Part shown: in pieces, positions 17,655 to 25,876 of the stretch
How the letters are laid out: each line of letters begins with the position of its first letter
Numbering within the stretch: the first letter of the stretch is position 1
Origin: a bacterium
Lineage (GTDB): Bacteria > Patescibacteriota > UBA1384 > CAILIB01
Assembly: GCA_037131105.1 (NCBI GenBank)
Contig: JBAXRQ010000001.1
Location: 560,589-624,588 of the forward strand
Length of the DNA: 64,000 nucleotides
Direction: 5' to 3'
Notes under the pieces: model-generated
Seen by the model: the letters and a program-made list of their open reading frames with translations, nothing else
What the model was told of the DNA's origin: nothing
The model's database searches: none
Position numbers and translations under genes: made by a program

Positions 17655-20270
17655 TCAGACCTGGGGAGCAAGCTGAGGGGCAGGAGCTGGGGCCGGTTCA
17701 GGAGTGGCGGCGGGTACCGGTGCGAGTGGCGTTGAAGCCGTTGGAGCCACAGGAGCGACGGGTGCTGAAAGCCCCTTTGAGCGTAGGCGGATCTCGGACT
17801 CCACCAGCTCGCGGTCACGGCCGTACTTGAGGCGGGACAGCTGCTTGATCGCCTCCCCTACCTGGACGTTCTCGTTAGGGTCCGGCGGATAAGCAGCGGC
17901 ATTGAACGGCTTGGACGGACTTCCGTCGATAAGCATCTTGATGTAGTAGTTGTACTTTTCGGTATTGACCATGTCCTCTATCTCCAGTGGATCAAACTCC
18001 TTCTTAAAGAACTCAGCATCCGAGGCACCGATACGCCAGGTAAGCATAGTACCGACGTTACCGATGACGGCATTTCTCGTATCTTCATCAAGCTGTTCGA
18101 CAAACTGGTTGGTGATATTAAGCGACAGCTGGTACTTACGAGCTTCGGAGAGAATGGTGGCAAAAGTCTTGGACGTGAAGTTCTGGAACTCATCCACATA
18201 GAGATAAAATGGTACTCGTTCTGCCTCGGACTGGTTCTGACGTGAGAATGCGGCGATCTGGATCTTACCTGAGATGATCATACCGAGCAGCTGGGCGTTG
18301 ATATCTCCAAGCAGACCCTTCGGCAAGGTCACCAGGAGGATCTTCTTGCTGTCCATGGCCTCCCGAAAGTTGAAGGCGCTGTTCTGCTGGCCGATGATCG
18401 GCCGCATGATGTCATTGGTGGTGAACTGGGTGAGCTTGGAGGTGATGTACGGCACGATATTAGCAAGAGCCGCCTCTCCCCCAGCCTTTTCAGCCTCGTT
18501 CACCCAGAAGTCGATGACCACCTGGTTGCGGGTCTTGGAGAGTTTCAGCTTGCGGAACTCGGCGTCGGCCAGTACCTTTGGGATCTCCATAAGGGTGCTT
18601 CCCGAGTCAGGGTCGTCCATAACCAGCATCATGGCATTTCGCATGTACTGCTCAAACATAGGTCCTCCGGTGGCCTTCAGGTCATACAGCTTGTCGAAGA
18701 TGGAGATCATCTCGTTGATGACCATGGTCTTCTGCTCTGGATAGCGGGGGTCGAACTCAAGTAGGTTGAAGGCCATGGGGCGGGCGGTATCGGAAGGGTC
18801 AAACAGGATGACGTCCTCGGCCCGCTCCTTGGGAATGTGCTTGAGTATCCACTCGACGGCGTCACCGTTAGGATCCATGTAGCAGACCCCGTGCCCAGCC
18901 CGGATGTCCTGCAGTATCATGTTCTGGAACATAACCGTCTTACCTACACCAGTCTTTCCTATCATGTAGAAGTGGCGAGACCGGTCAGGATAGTTCATAT
19001 AGACCGGGATCTCAGTGCCACGGAAGGCGCTGTAGCCCAGCAATAGACCCGACTTCGGGATGTTGTTAGGAGGTGAAAGCCGGCGGGCACCCAGCCAGTG
19101 GATGTTTGGCGTGTCCAGTACCCGGTTTGGGAAATGGAAGATACTGGCCAGCTCCTCTGTGTTCAAGATAAAGCTAGGCTGGTCCTTGGAGAATAGACGC
19201 AGGATGTAGTCATTACGCAGATGCTGGCTACCGACTGCCGCGGTCTTAAACCCGTTCGACTCAGGCGCCTGATACTGAGAGAAAGCTGAGAGCATGGTCT
19301 GGACGTGGTTCTTAGCCTCAATCTCGGTAGCCGCCCAGGCCACGCAGCGGATCTGTACTTTGAAGCCTACCTTGCTGCCCTTCTCCACCATCAGCTTGGC
19401 TTGCTGCTCCTGCATGGCGGTAAGCCTGACATTAGCCTGGGTGGTGTTACCCGCCTCGTTATGAGTAGGTGCATCAGTCTTCTGGCTGGCCACTGCGGAC
19501 TGACCAACTTCCTTGGCAATATTTCCTACCTTCTGCATATTCGTGGTATGGAAGGATTTGCCCTGCTGCACGTTATGGAGCGCCTCCTCTATCTTATGCT
19601 GCCAGGACTGGTCGGTGGGCTGCACCAGGATCTGAATAGCGCCTCTCCCCTGCCCCATCTTGGATAGTGAGTTGGTCAAGCCATTCAGCGGATCATTCTC
19701 CAGGTTCTTATACGTTCTAATAGGAAATATTTGTTGCTTCATCAGCTGGATACCACCAGAGGCTGTAGCACCACCCTCCTTGATAAAGACGTCGTAATCC
19801 GTAGCCTCCTCGATCTGGGCAGCCGGGTATTGGCCATGGATCTGCCGCTCCACCTGATCCACCGTGTCAGAGGGACAGATAACATAAAAGAAAATCTCAC
19901 CATCATGGGCGGCTAGCTCAAAGGAAAAAGTCGGCTGGCCCTTCAGAAACGTATCAAACCAACTCGAGTCATAGAAATGATGCAGCGATGTGAATACCGC
20001 TTCCATGACGCCCATAATCTCCTTGGGATCACGCCGGTCGTCAGGATTGGCGAGCTGTTTAGGCATTGTCACCCGCAGAGCCCGTGTCTTCAAGGCGCGG
20101 TCTTGGTGCTGCTTGGTACGACGCATATAAATGTAGCGTGCCGCCACAGCCAAGCCGATAAGTAGAACAGCCAGTAGAAAGTCAGTCACTAAAAGTGCCG
20201 CCGTGTTGGTAGTACTGCTACCGCCGTCGGTGTAACTGGTGTCGTAGGTGTAGTCGGTGGTGTCTGCCAT
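17655..20270 (-). CDS. FtsK/HerA/VirD4-superfamily ATPase B (871 aa): N-terminal transmembrane helix, same novel domain, Walker A GKTGVGKT, DPNGD, Walker B YVDEFQNF, Pro/Ala-rich tail
   Basis: Clear paralog of ATPase A (shared blocks EELAS.FHFP, FATILSEARKY, AVIGNVGTM). Confidence 0.7.
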   Translation of the reverse strand: MADTTDYTYDTSYTDGGSSTTNTAALLVTDFLLAVLLIGLAVAARYIYMRRTKQHQDRALKTRALRVTMPKQLANPDDRRDPKEIMGVMEAVFTSLHHFYDSSWFDTFLKGQPTFSFELAAHDGEIFFYVICPSDTVDQVERQIHGQYPAAQIEEATDYDVFIKEGGATASGGIQLMKQQIFPIRTYKNLENDPLNGLTNSLSKMGQGRGAIQILVQPTDQSWQHKIEEALHNVQQGKSFHTTNMQKVGNIAKEVGQSAVASQKTDAPTHNEAGNTTQANVRLTAMQEQQAKLMVEKGSKVGFKVQIRCVAWAATEIEAKNHVQTMLSAFSQYQAPESNGFKTAAVGSQHLRNDYILRLFSKDQPSFILNTEELASIFHFPNRVLDTPNIHWLGARRLSPPNNIPKSGLLLGYSAFRGTEIPVYMNYPDRSRHFYMIGKTGVGKTVMFQNMILQDIRAGHGVCYMDPNGDAVEWILKHIPKERAEDVILFDPSDTARPMAFNLLEFDPRYPEQKTMVINEMISIFDKLYDLKATGGPMFEQYMRNAMMLVMDDPDSGSTLMEIPKVLADAEFRKLKLSKTRNQVVIDFWVNEAEKAGGEAALANIVPYITSKLTQFTTNDIMRPIIGQQNSAFNFREAMDSKKILLVTLPKGLLGDINAQLLGMIISGKIQIAAFSRQNQSEAERVPFYLYVDEFQNFTSKTFATILSEARKYQLSLNITNQFVEQLDEDTRNAVIGNVGTMLTWRIGASDAEFFKKEFDPLEIEDMVNTEKYNYYIKMLIDGSPSKPFNAAAYPPDPNENVQVGEAIKQLSRLKYGRDRELVESEIRLRSKGLSAPVAPVAPTASTPLAPVPAATPEPAPAPAPQLAPQV

Positions 20271-20287
20271 GCCCCTCGGTGGCTTTC

Positions 20288-20665
20288 TTAGGAAGTGGGA
20301 GTATCAGGTCCTGGATTCGCATTCTGGGACGCAAGCAACCGCAGGTTCGCCATGAACTGCGCCCTCTGCGAAAGGGGCATCTTCTCAAAATCCTCCGGAA
20401 GTTCGTGCAGGACAGAAACGACTCCAGGAGAACCTGCCCCGGTGTCACTGCCAGCTACGGCCTCAGGACCAGAATCAGGTGCGAGGGTTACCAGCGCAGT
20501 AGCACCCTCTACCGTACTATTAACCCCATCGACAGGACCCTCAACCTGCGCCGGAATCTGTTCTCCACCTGAAAGCACGGCGGCTTCGGGATTCTGCTGG
20601 TCAATCTGTTGAGTCTGGGCATCACGTAGCGACTCGGGAGTATTTGAACCTGGAAGCTCAGGCAT
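20288..20665 (-). CDS. Hypothetical small acidic protein (125 aa), probably disordered
   Basis: ORF fills the gap between the giant membrane protein and ATPase B; no SD. Confidence 0.35.
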   Translation of the reverse strand: MPELPGSNTPESLRDAQTQQIDQQNPEAAVLSGGEQIPAQVEGPVDGVNSTVEGATALVTLAPDSGPEAVAGSDTGAGSPGVVSVLHELPEDFEKMPLSQRAQFMANLRLLASQNANPGPDTPTS

Positions 20666-20721
20666 GGGATATCCGTTACTAGTTCATATTAAGCATACCA
20701 GCCCGGAGGTAAAGTCGAAAG

Positions 20722-23700
20722 CTATGAAGACCCACCCGGGAGCAGTACATCCTGAAGAGCCTCGTTATTGAGAATATTGGCCATGGCGGCTCCGATCAGG
20801 AGAATGCGGTTTTCCAGTGGGCTTCCGTCTGGGAGTTTTTTGTATCTTTCTCTTGTCGGGGCACTGAGTTGCCTTAGGCGAGTCAGCGCCTCCTTACGGC
20901 CGTCTCCTTCGGTCAGGTTAAGAAGCTCCATGACGCTTTCCCTATCCGCAAAGAAGTCCTCTAGGGCGGCATCATCCGCTGGCATCCCGTCCCCACCATT
21001 AATAAGCTCTTCTAGGTTCTTCTTTATACGATCAGAAAATGCCGGATATTTCTTTTCAGCTTCTGGAGGTGCGGCGCTTCTCAGCCTCAGCTGCAGCCTC
21101 CGCAAGCTATCCATAATAGAAGATGGTCGACTTTCTTCAGTAGAAGGAGTCACAGTCACGGCTGGCGGTTCTTCAGCTGGCGCTGCTTCGACTGTACCCG
21201 GATCAGCAACAGGCGGAGCCTCCAAATCACCCTCGTCCGCTACTGCTTCGATAGGGGCGCCTACGGGCTCCGCAGCAGGAGCCTCAGTCCCTGCACCAGC
21301 ATCCGGATCACCGGGAGCAGCTGGCGGCTCAGTAGTAACGGTCTCTGTACGACCCGCTACGGGATCACTATTATTGGCCTCCTTCTGCATGAACTGACCC
21401 TGTCTCCTTATGGTAAGGTCAAAGGAACGGACCGGCATGCAGCCTTCGGTACCATATGACCGGTCGTTGGCTTCGTTAAAGAGATATCTGCTCCAGTTCT
21501 TCACGAGTGGTACGAAATGCAGGGAAAGGGCCGGACGCCATGGACCCCGGGTATCAGTCGTAGCCGGATCCATAAGGGCCTTATAGGACTGCCTCAGAGC
21601 CTCTTGCCTCTCTAGGCTCGACAGCACCTCGTCATCAACCGCCATGAAGAGCTTCACATTTCCATTGAAGCGATCGTTGAAATCCTCAGGTGCGTTCTCA
21701 CCGAAACGCTTGGCACTACCCTGGTAGTCCCAGATCGCTTCCATTTTACCCCTCACCATGGCAGGTGACTGCTCAGGAGTAAAGGCAAGAAGAAATCTCT
21801 GCTCGTCTTTCGGCCAATCACTCAGGGTTTCAGCTGCTAACCTGAACGCGTCCCTGTGCAGCGGATTCCTAAGCTCGTCCCTGAAGTTCTTGGCCCCCGG
21901 ACCCGCGGCAGACCTGAGGCCATTCTTGTATGCCTCCCAGGAACCAAGCTCGGAGATACTGCCCACCCCATCATCCCCGGCACCGCCATCCTCGATGATC
22001 AGCTCAGTTTTTGTTGAGCGTAGCTTATTTTGAATGTAATACTCTTCAAGCTCGCTGACCTCGTATTTTATGCCGCCGTACCCCACGCTCTCCTCATTCC
22101 CCGCAAAGGGACCTTCGATGTTCAATGGCCGAAGGATTGCGGTGTCGGGGTCAGTCTCATAGTCAGCGTTATTGGGTCCGGACACCAAGTACACGTAATC
22201 AAACATAACAAGGTTTCCCTGTGCCGGCGTATCCATCTGGAAGACCGTTCCAGGCTTCTTCATGAGCTCCTGAAATTCGACCCGACGAGTTTCGCGCTCT
22301 GCAGGTGACAGTCCTGGCTCTGGCCGAACAGGAGCCTCTCTGCCTGCCGGAGGTCGTTCGGTAGGAGGTACTGGTGGTGCAGGTGGCACCGGAGCCTGAG
22401 GTCCCTCAGGCCCTCCGGGACGCGGAGGAGTGGGCGGTACTGGTGGAGCAGGTGGCACAGAAGCCGGCGGTGTCGCCGTTGCTGCCTCGGGCGTAGCAGG
22501 AGGAGCAGGCACAACAGACCCTTCTGGCTGCACTTGGCTGGCATTTCCTACCCCGCCTAGTGAAGTCAGCTCCGACTTGCCGCGAGCAGCGTTCAGGCGG
22601 GTCCTATTGGCCTCACCCATGGTGGCAATACCCTCGGACATGGCAGCGCCCGCCCCGAAGAAAGCCGTAAGCGGAACCGTCTGGGCAAGACTGTCCTTCA
22701 GAAAGGCACCGAAGATCTGCAGGCCACCGACCTCTGAATTATGGAAAAGCTGCAGGCCACGGCCAGTAGTTGCGTCATACATCGCCCCTCCCAGCCGTCT
22801 AGCGGCGTCCACCGCGTCTGTAGTTGCACCATTTCCGGGATATATGGCATGCAAGGTGTTCGGCGACACGTTTATCATGTCCTTCCTCTCAAGGACGAAC
22901 CTGGCCACTTTGTCGTGGGCCCCCTGTATCATCTTGGTCAGATGTCCCCTGGTTGAGTCGTGAGCCACGCTCATGCCGTCCAGCCGCACACCGTCGGCAC
23001 CGTACAGTGAGTTCTGCAGCCCATGCCAGTGATTGATGATGTTGTAGAGGCCACCGGTCAGGCTTCCAGCTGCGCCGCCGATCATTCCCGCCTTATTGAT
23101 CTGCTTGTCAGCCTCTTTCCTGGCCTTCATGAACTCACCGAACTTGGCCAGCTTCTCGTCGGCAGGTGGCTCACCAATATTCTTCAGACGGCTGTCGGTC
23201 GAGTCACGCATGCTGCGGGCAACAAAGCGCAGTAGGTCGGCCTTCTGCTCCTGAGTAGCCTCAGGTGCCGCTTCAGGATTCTCAGTAGTATGAATATAGC
23301 GCTGGGCATACTCAGTTGCCTTGCCGACATTCTCAGTCAGCTCCTGGAAGGCCGACCCTCCCAGAGTAGTGCCGTCTTCTTGCTCCTGGTAGAGCTTCTT
23401 CTCCTTGAAGTGGCGCATGATGCTGCGCCCGGCCATGGCACCGGCAAAGCTCAAGGCCGCCAGAGGTACAGCGGTTCCCATGGAAATGGTAGCCAGTCCT
23501 AACGCTGAAAGCCCCATGCCCACGCCGAGGCCGCCGGCAGTGGTCTTGGCGGTCCGCACTCCATCCTTTATGACCCGCTTCACATAACTTGGCTGTTTGA
23601 GGTTGACGTTTATTTCGGACTGAGGATCAATACCTCCCTGCGAGGAGAAGCTTTCGATATCCACACCGAACTGGTCGCAGGCCTCCTGCAGATTTTTGAA

Positions 23701-24240
23701 GCCTAGGCGGTGCACATACATCTCGCCGGCGATAGAGTCCCAGCCGTACTGCACCAGATCCCTAGCAATGAACAGCAGATCCTCCTCGTCAAGCTCCTCT
23801 CGGCGCTTCAGCTTTTCCTTGAAGCGAGTAAGAATAAGTCGACGGACAAGCTGGCGATGGGCGTCGGCGTCCAGCATTTCAGGCTCAGCCGGTACCTCGA
23901 TCGCCGGGGCAGGAGCTTCTTCAGCCGGAGGAGTTTCAACCAGAGGGGCAATGGCAGGCTCGGCCACAGGGTCAGCGGCAGGGACCTCAGGTTCAGGATC
24001 GGAAGCAGGGACTGGTTCCGGAGCGATAGGCTGCTCTTCACCGTTCAAGTAGAGCTCCTTCAATCGGGCCAGGTCATAGCGCTTATACTCACGCTCACGC
24101 TGGGCCAGCAGCCGTTTCTGCTGCTTGGGCTTATGGACGTTCTCCTCCATAAACTCATTCTTGTACTCGTTAACCCTGTCGGCGAGAGTGCCGGCATTGG
24201 TACGTGCGTTCTGCCATCCTTCCCCCCATGCGACAGCCAT
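20722..24240 (-). CDS. Giant membrane protein (1172 aa) with Gly/Ala-rich transmembrane hairpins, Pro-rich linkers and a C-terminal globular region; possible VirB6/TrbL-like channel or scaffold
   Basis: Hydrophobic G/A-rich segments (GGLGVGMGLSALGLATISMGTAVPLAALSFAGAMAG; GMIGGAAGSLTGGLY; VPLTAFFGAGAAMSEG); start 2 nt from the stop of the upstream ORF. Confidence 0.6.
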   Translation of the reverse strand: MAVAWGEGWQNARTNAGTLADRVNEYKNEFMEENVHKPKQQKRLLAQREREYKRYDLARLKELYLNGEEQPIAPEPVPASDPEPEVPAADPVAEPAIAPLVETPPAEEAPAPAIEVPAEPEMLDADAHRQLVRRLILTRFKEKLKRREELDEEDLLFIARDLVQYGWDSIAGEMYVHRLGFKNLQEACDQFGVDIESFSSQGGIDPQSEINVNLKQPSYVKRVIKDGVRTAKTTAGGLGVGMGLSALGLATISMGTAVPLAALSFAGAMAGRSIMRHFKEKKLYQEQEDGTTLGGSAFQELTENVGKATEYAQRYIHTTENPEAAPEATQEQKADLLRFVARSMRDSTDSRLKNIGEPPADEKLAKFGEFMKARKEADKQINKAGMIGGAAGSLTGGLYNIINHWHGLQNSLYGADGVRLDGMSVAHDSTRGHLTKMIQGAHDKVARFVLERKDMINVSPNTLHAIYPGNGATTDAVDAARRLGGAMYDATTGRGLQLFHNSEVGGLQIFGAFLKDSLAQTVPLTAFFGAGAAMSEGIATMGEANRTRLNAARGKSELTSLGGVGNASQVQPEGSVVPAPPATPEAATATPPASVPPAPPVPPTPPRPGGPEGPQAPVPPAPPVPPTERPPAGREAPVRPEPGLSPAERETRRVEFQELMKKPGTVFQMDTPAQGNLVMFDYVYLVSGPNNADYETDPDTAILRPLNIEGPFAGNEESVGYGGIKYEVSELEEYYIQNKLRSTKTELIIEDGGAGDDGVGSISELGSWEAYKNGLRSAAGPGAKNFRDELRNPLHRDAFRLAAETLSDWPKDEQRFLLAFTPEQSPAMVRGKMEAIWDYQGSAKRFGENAPEDFNDRFNGNVKLFMAVDDEVLSSLERQEALRQSYKALMDPATTDTRGPWRPALSLHFVPLVKNWSRYLFNEANDRSYGTEGCMPVRSFDLTIRRQGQFMQKEANNSDPVAGRTETVTTEPPAAPGDPDAGAGTEAPAAEPVGAPIEAVADEGDLEAPPVADPGTVEAAPAEEPPAVTVTPSTEESRPSSIMDSLRRLQLRLRSAAPPEAEKKYPAFSDRIKKNLEELINGGDGMPADDAALEDFFADRESVMELLNLTEGDGRKEALTRLRQLSAPTRERYKKLPDGSPLENRILLIGAAMANILNNEALQDVLLPGGSS

Positions 24241-24242
24241 AC

Positions 24243-24590
24243 TCAGGCCTCCTGTGGGAGGGCAGTTACGGCGATATCCGGGTCAATAGCGGCCTTGAAG
24301 GTAGCGGCCAGCTCAAATCGGTAGCGCATAGCCTCCTCAGTGATAAGGGCGGCCAGGTCTATCCCCTGCGCCTCGATGTAAGGAATCATGTCGTCGGCGG
24401 AAAGCTCGGAGAAATGATGGCGCTGGTCTTCGGGAAGCATCTCGTAGACGGTGAGATATACCCGTCCCTGGACAGTCTGATTCATGGTCTTGAGCAGCTC
24501 TTCCTTCTCATCCTCAGGCAAGCCCTGCAGACCAAGGAGGGTGAAGAAATCCTCTTCGAGAATATCCTGGAGAGTCAGAGAAAACGACAT
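24243..24590 (-). CDS. Hypothetical small acidic protein (116 aa; start set at MSFSL)
   Basis: ORF coupled to the downstream giant gene; no recognisable motif. Confidence 0.45.
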   Translation of the reverse strand: MSFSLTLQDILEEDFFTLLGLQGLPEDEKEELLKTMNQTVQGRVYLTVYEMLPEDQRHHFSELSADDMIPYIEAQGIDLAALITEEAMRYRFELAATFKAAIDPDIAVTALPQEA

Positions 24591-24710
24591 GGGCAGGCTA
24601 TTAGTTTTCCTTATGATACGCCCGGGAGGGAATGAAGCGCAAGTACACAAAACATCCGGCCCTCTTGTGAGGTACCGGATGCAATGGATGTTCTTGTGCA
24701 GTCACGGCGA

Positions 24711-25766
24711 CTATGCTGTCGCTGGAGCTGCTGTGCCCGGAGGCGGCGTAGGAGCCGGCGTCGGGGCGGGAGTTGTGGTGGCCGGTGTGGCCGGGGTGCC
24801 AGTAGCTGGCGTCGCAGTCGCACCGGTTGTAGCCGGTGGTGCCGTGACGGTCGCTGTGGCCGGCTTCTTGAAAAGCCAGGCCAACGCAACCAGTATCAGG
24901 ATGCCGAGCCCTACCAGTCCCCAGTTTATCTGGATGACGCTGTTGACGCCGCTCCGGATGTCGCTGCCCTGGGCCTTGATCTCGGTTGCCTGCTTCTGGA
25001 TGTCGGTCGCCTGATCCCCGATAGTGGCCAGTGAGGTCAGGAAGTCTTTGTCGTCAACCTCCTGCTTGCTGGCTACTCCGTTGATCGTGGTGACAACCGT
25101 TGCCAGTGTGGCAGTGTTGGCGCTCGTTGAGGCCTGAACCGCCTTCACGCCAGTGGCAATCGCGTCGATCTTCTTACCCAGGCCGTCGAACTTGGCGTCG
25201 GTCCGCTTTTCGGAAGCGGCGACCAGGCCTTTTACGGCGACTAGTGTCACGCCAGACTTGCTCACCCTTCCACCAGTTGCCTTGCGGCTTGCGGCGTGGT
25301 GACGGACAGATCCACCGCTGCGGTGGCGGCGAACACCCCCACCGTGATGGCGGTGATGACGGACCGGAGCAGCAGGGGCAGCCGCGGGTGCGGCGGCCGA
25401 ATGCGTGTCCGGCACGACCTCGGGGGCCGGTTTGGTCTCCGGGTCAGGAGCGGGATCTGGCTCGGTGGCAATGCCACTGTCGCCGTCTTCCACGTCATTG
25501 CCTTCGTCCTCTCCAACCCCGTATTCGGGAGCAGGGGCGGCTTCGGGCAATCCTGCCTGCGGGGCAGGCGGGGCCAGTGCCAGCCGTTCTCCACTCTGGC
25601 CTTCAGGGGCCTTCGGGGCGGAAACGGTTGTTTCAAAGCCCGGGTTCGGCGCCGGGGCGCCTATGCTGGCCTGACTTCTTCCAGTCGAGCTGGTGGACGT
25701 CATATGGACCGCCACACCGAGTACCATGCCGATCGCCAATGCGACGATCACAATTCGATTTTTCAT
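24711..25766 (-). CDS. Membrane protein (351 aa): signal/transmembrane N-terminus, acidic Pro/Ala region, His/Arg-rich patch, coiled segment, C-terminal transmembrane helix and Pro/Thr-rich tail
   Basis: Start MKNRIVIVALAIGMVLG is preceded by AGGAGG; it is the first gene of the operon, behind a consensus promoter. Confidence 0.55.
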   Translation of the reverse strand: MKNRIVIVALAIGMVLGVAVHMTSTSSTGRSQASIGAPAPNPGFETTVSAPKAPEGQSGERLALAPPAPQAGLPEAAPAPEYGVGEDEGNDVEDGDSGIATEPDPAPDPETKPAPEVVPDTHSAAAPAAAPAAPVRHHRHHGGGVRRHRSGGSVRHHAASRKATGGRVSKSGVTLVAVKGLVAASEKRTDAKFDGLGKKIDAIATGVKAVQASTSANTATLATVVTTINGVASKQEVDDKDFLTSLATIGDQATDIQKQATEIKAQGSDIRSGVNSVIQINWGLVGLGILILVALAWLFKKPATATVTAPPATTGATATPATGTPATPATTTPAPTPAPTPPPGTAAPATA

Positions 25767-25821
25767 TTCTACCTCCTGTCGTGATTTGGCTCCCCCTTGT
25801 CGGGTAGCGGACAGTGGCCGC

Positions 25822-25850
25822 ATTAAACCACAAAAACAGCCTTTTGTCAA
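25822..25850 (-). promoter_or_regulatory. Sigma70 promoter TTGACA-17-TTTAAT driving the 24711-14145 operon
   Basis: Minus-strand TTGACA (25845-25850) and TTTAAT (25822-25827) with 17 nt spacing; about 55-nt 5'UTR with AGGAGG. Confidence 0.6.
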
Positions 25851-25876
25851 GGCCCTTAGGCTCTCACAGCCTATTA

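Noticed and set aside
20768-25807. Numerous 60-235-aa ORFs on the plus strand opposite the ATPase operon (Ser/Arg/Ala/Pro-rich)
   Set aside because: They are typical antisense shadow ORFs of high-GC, Pro/Ala-rich coding sequence. They lack starts with an SD and overlap strong minus-strand genes.
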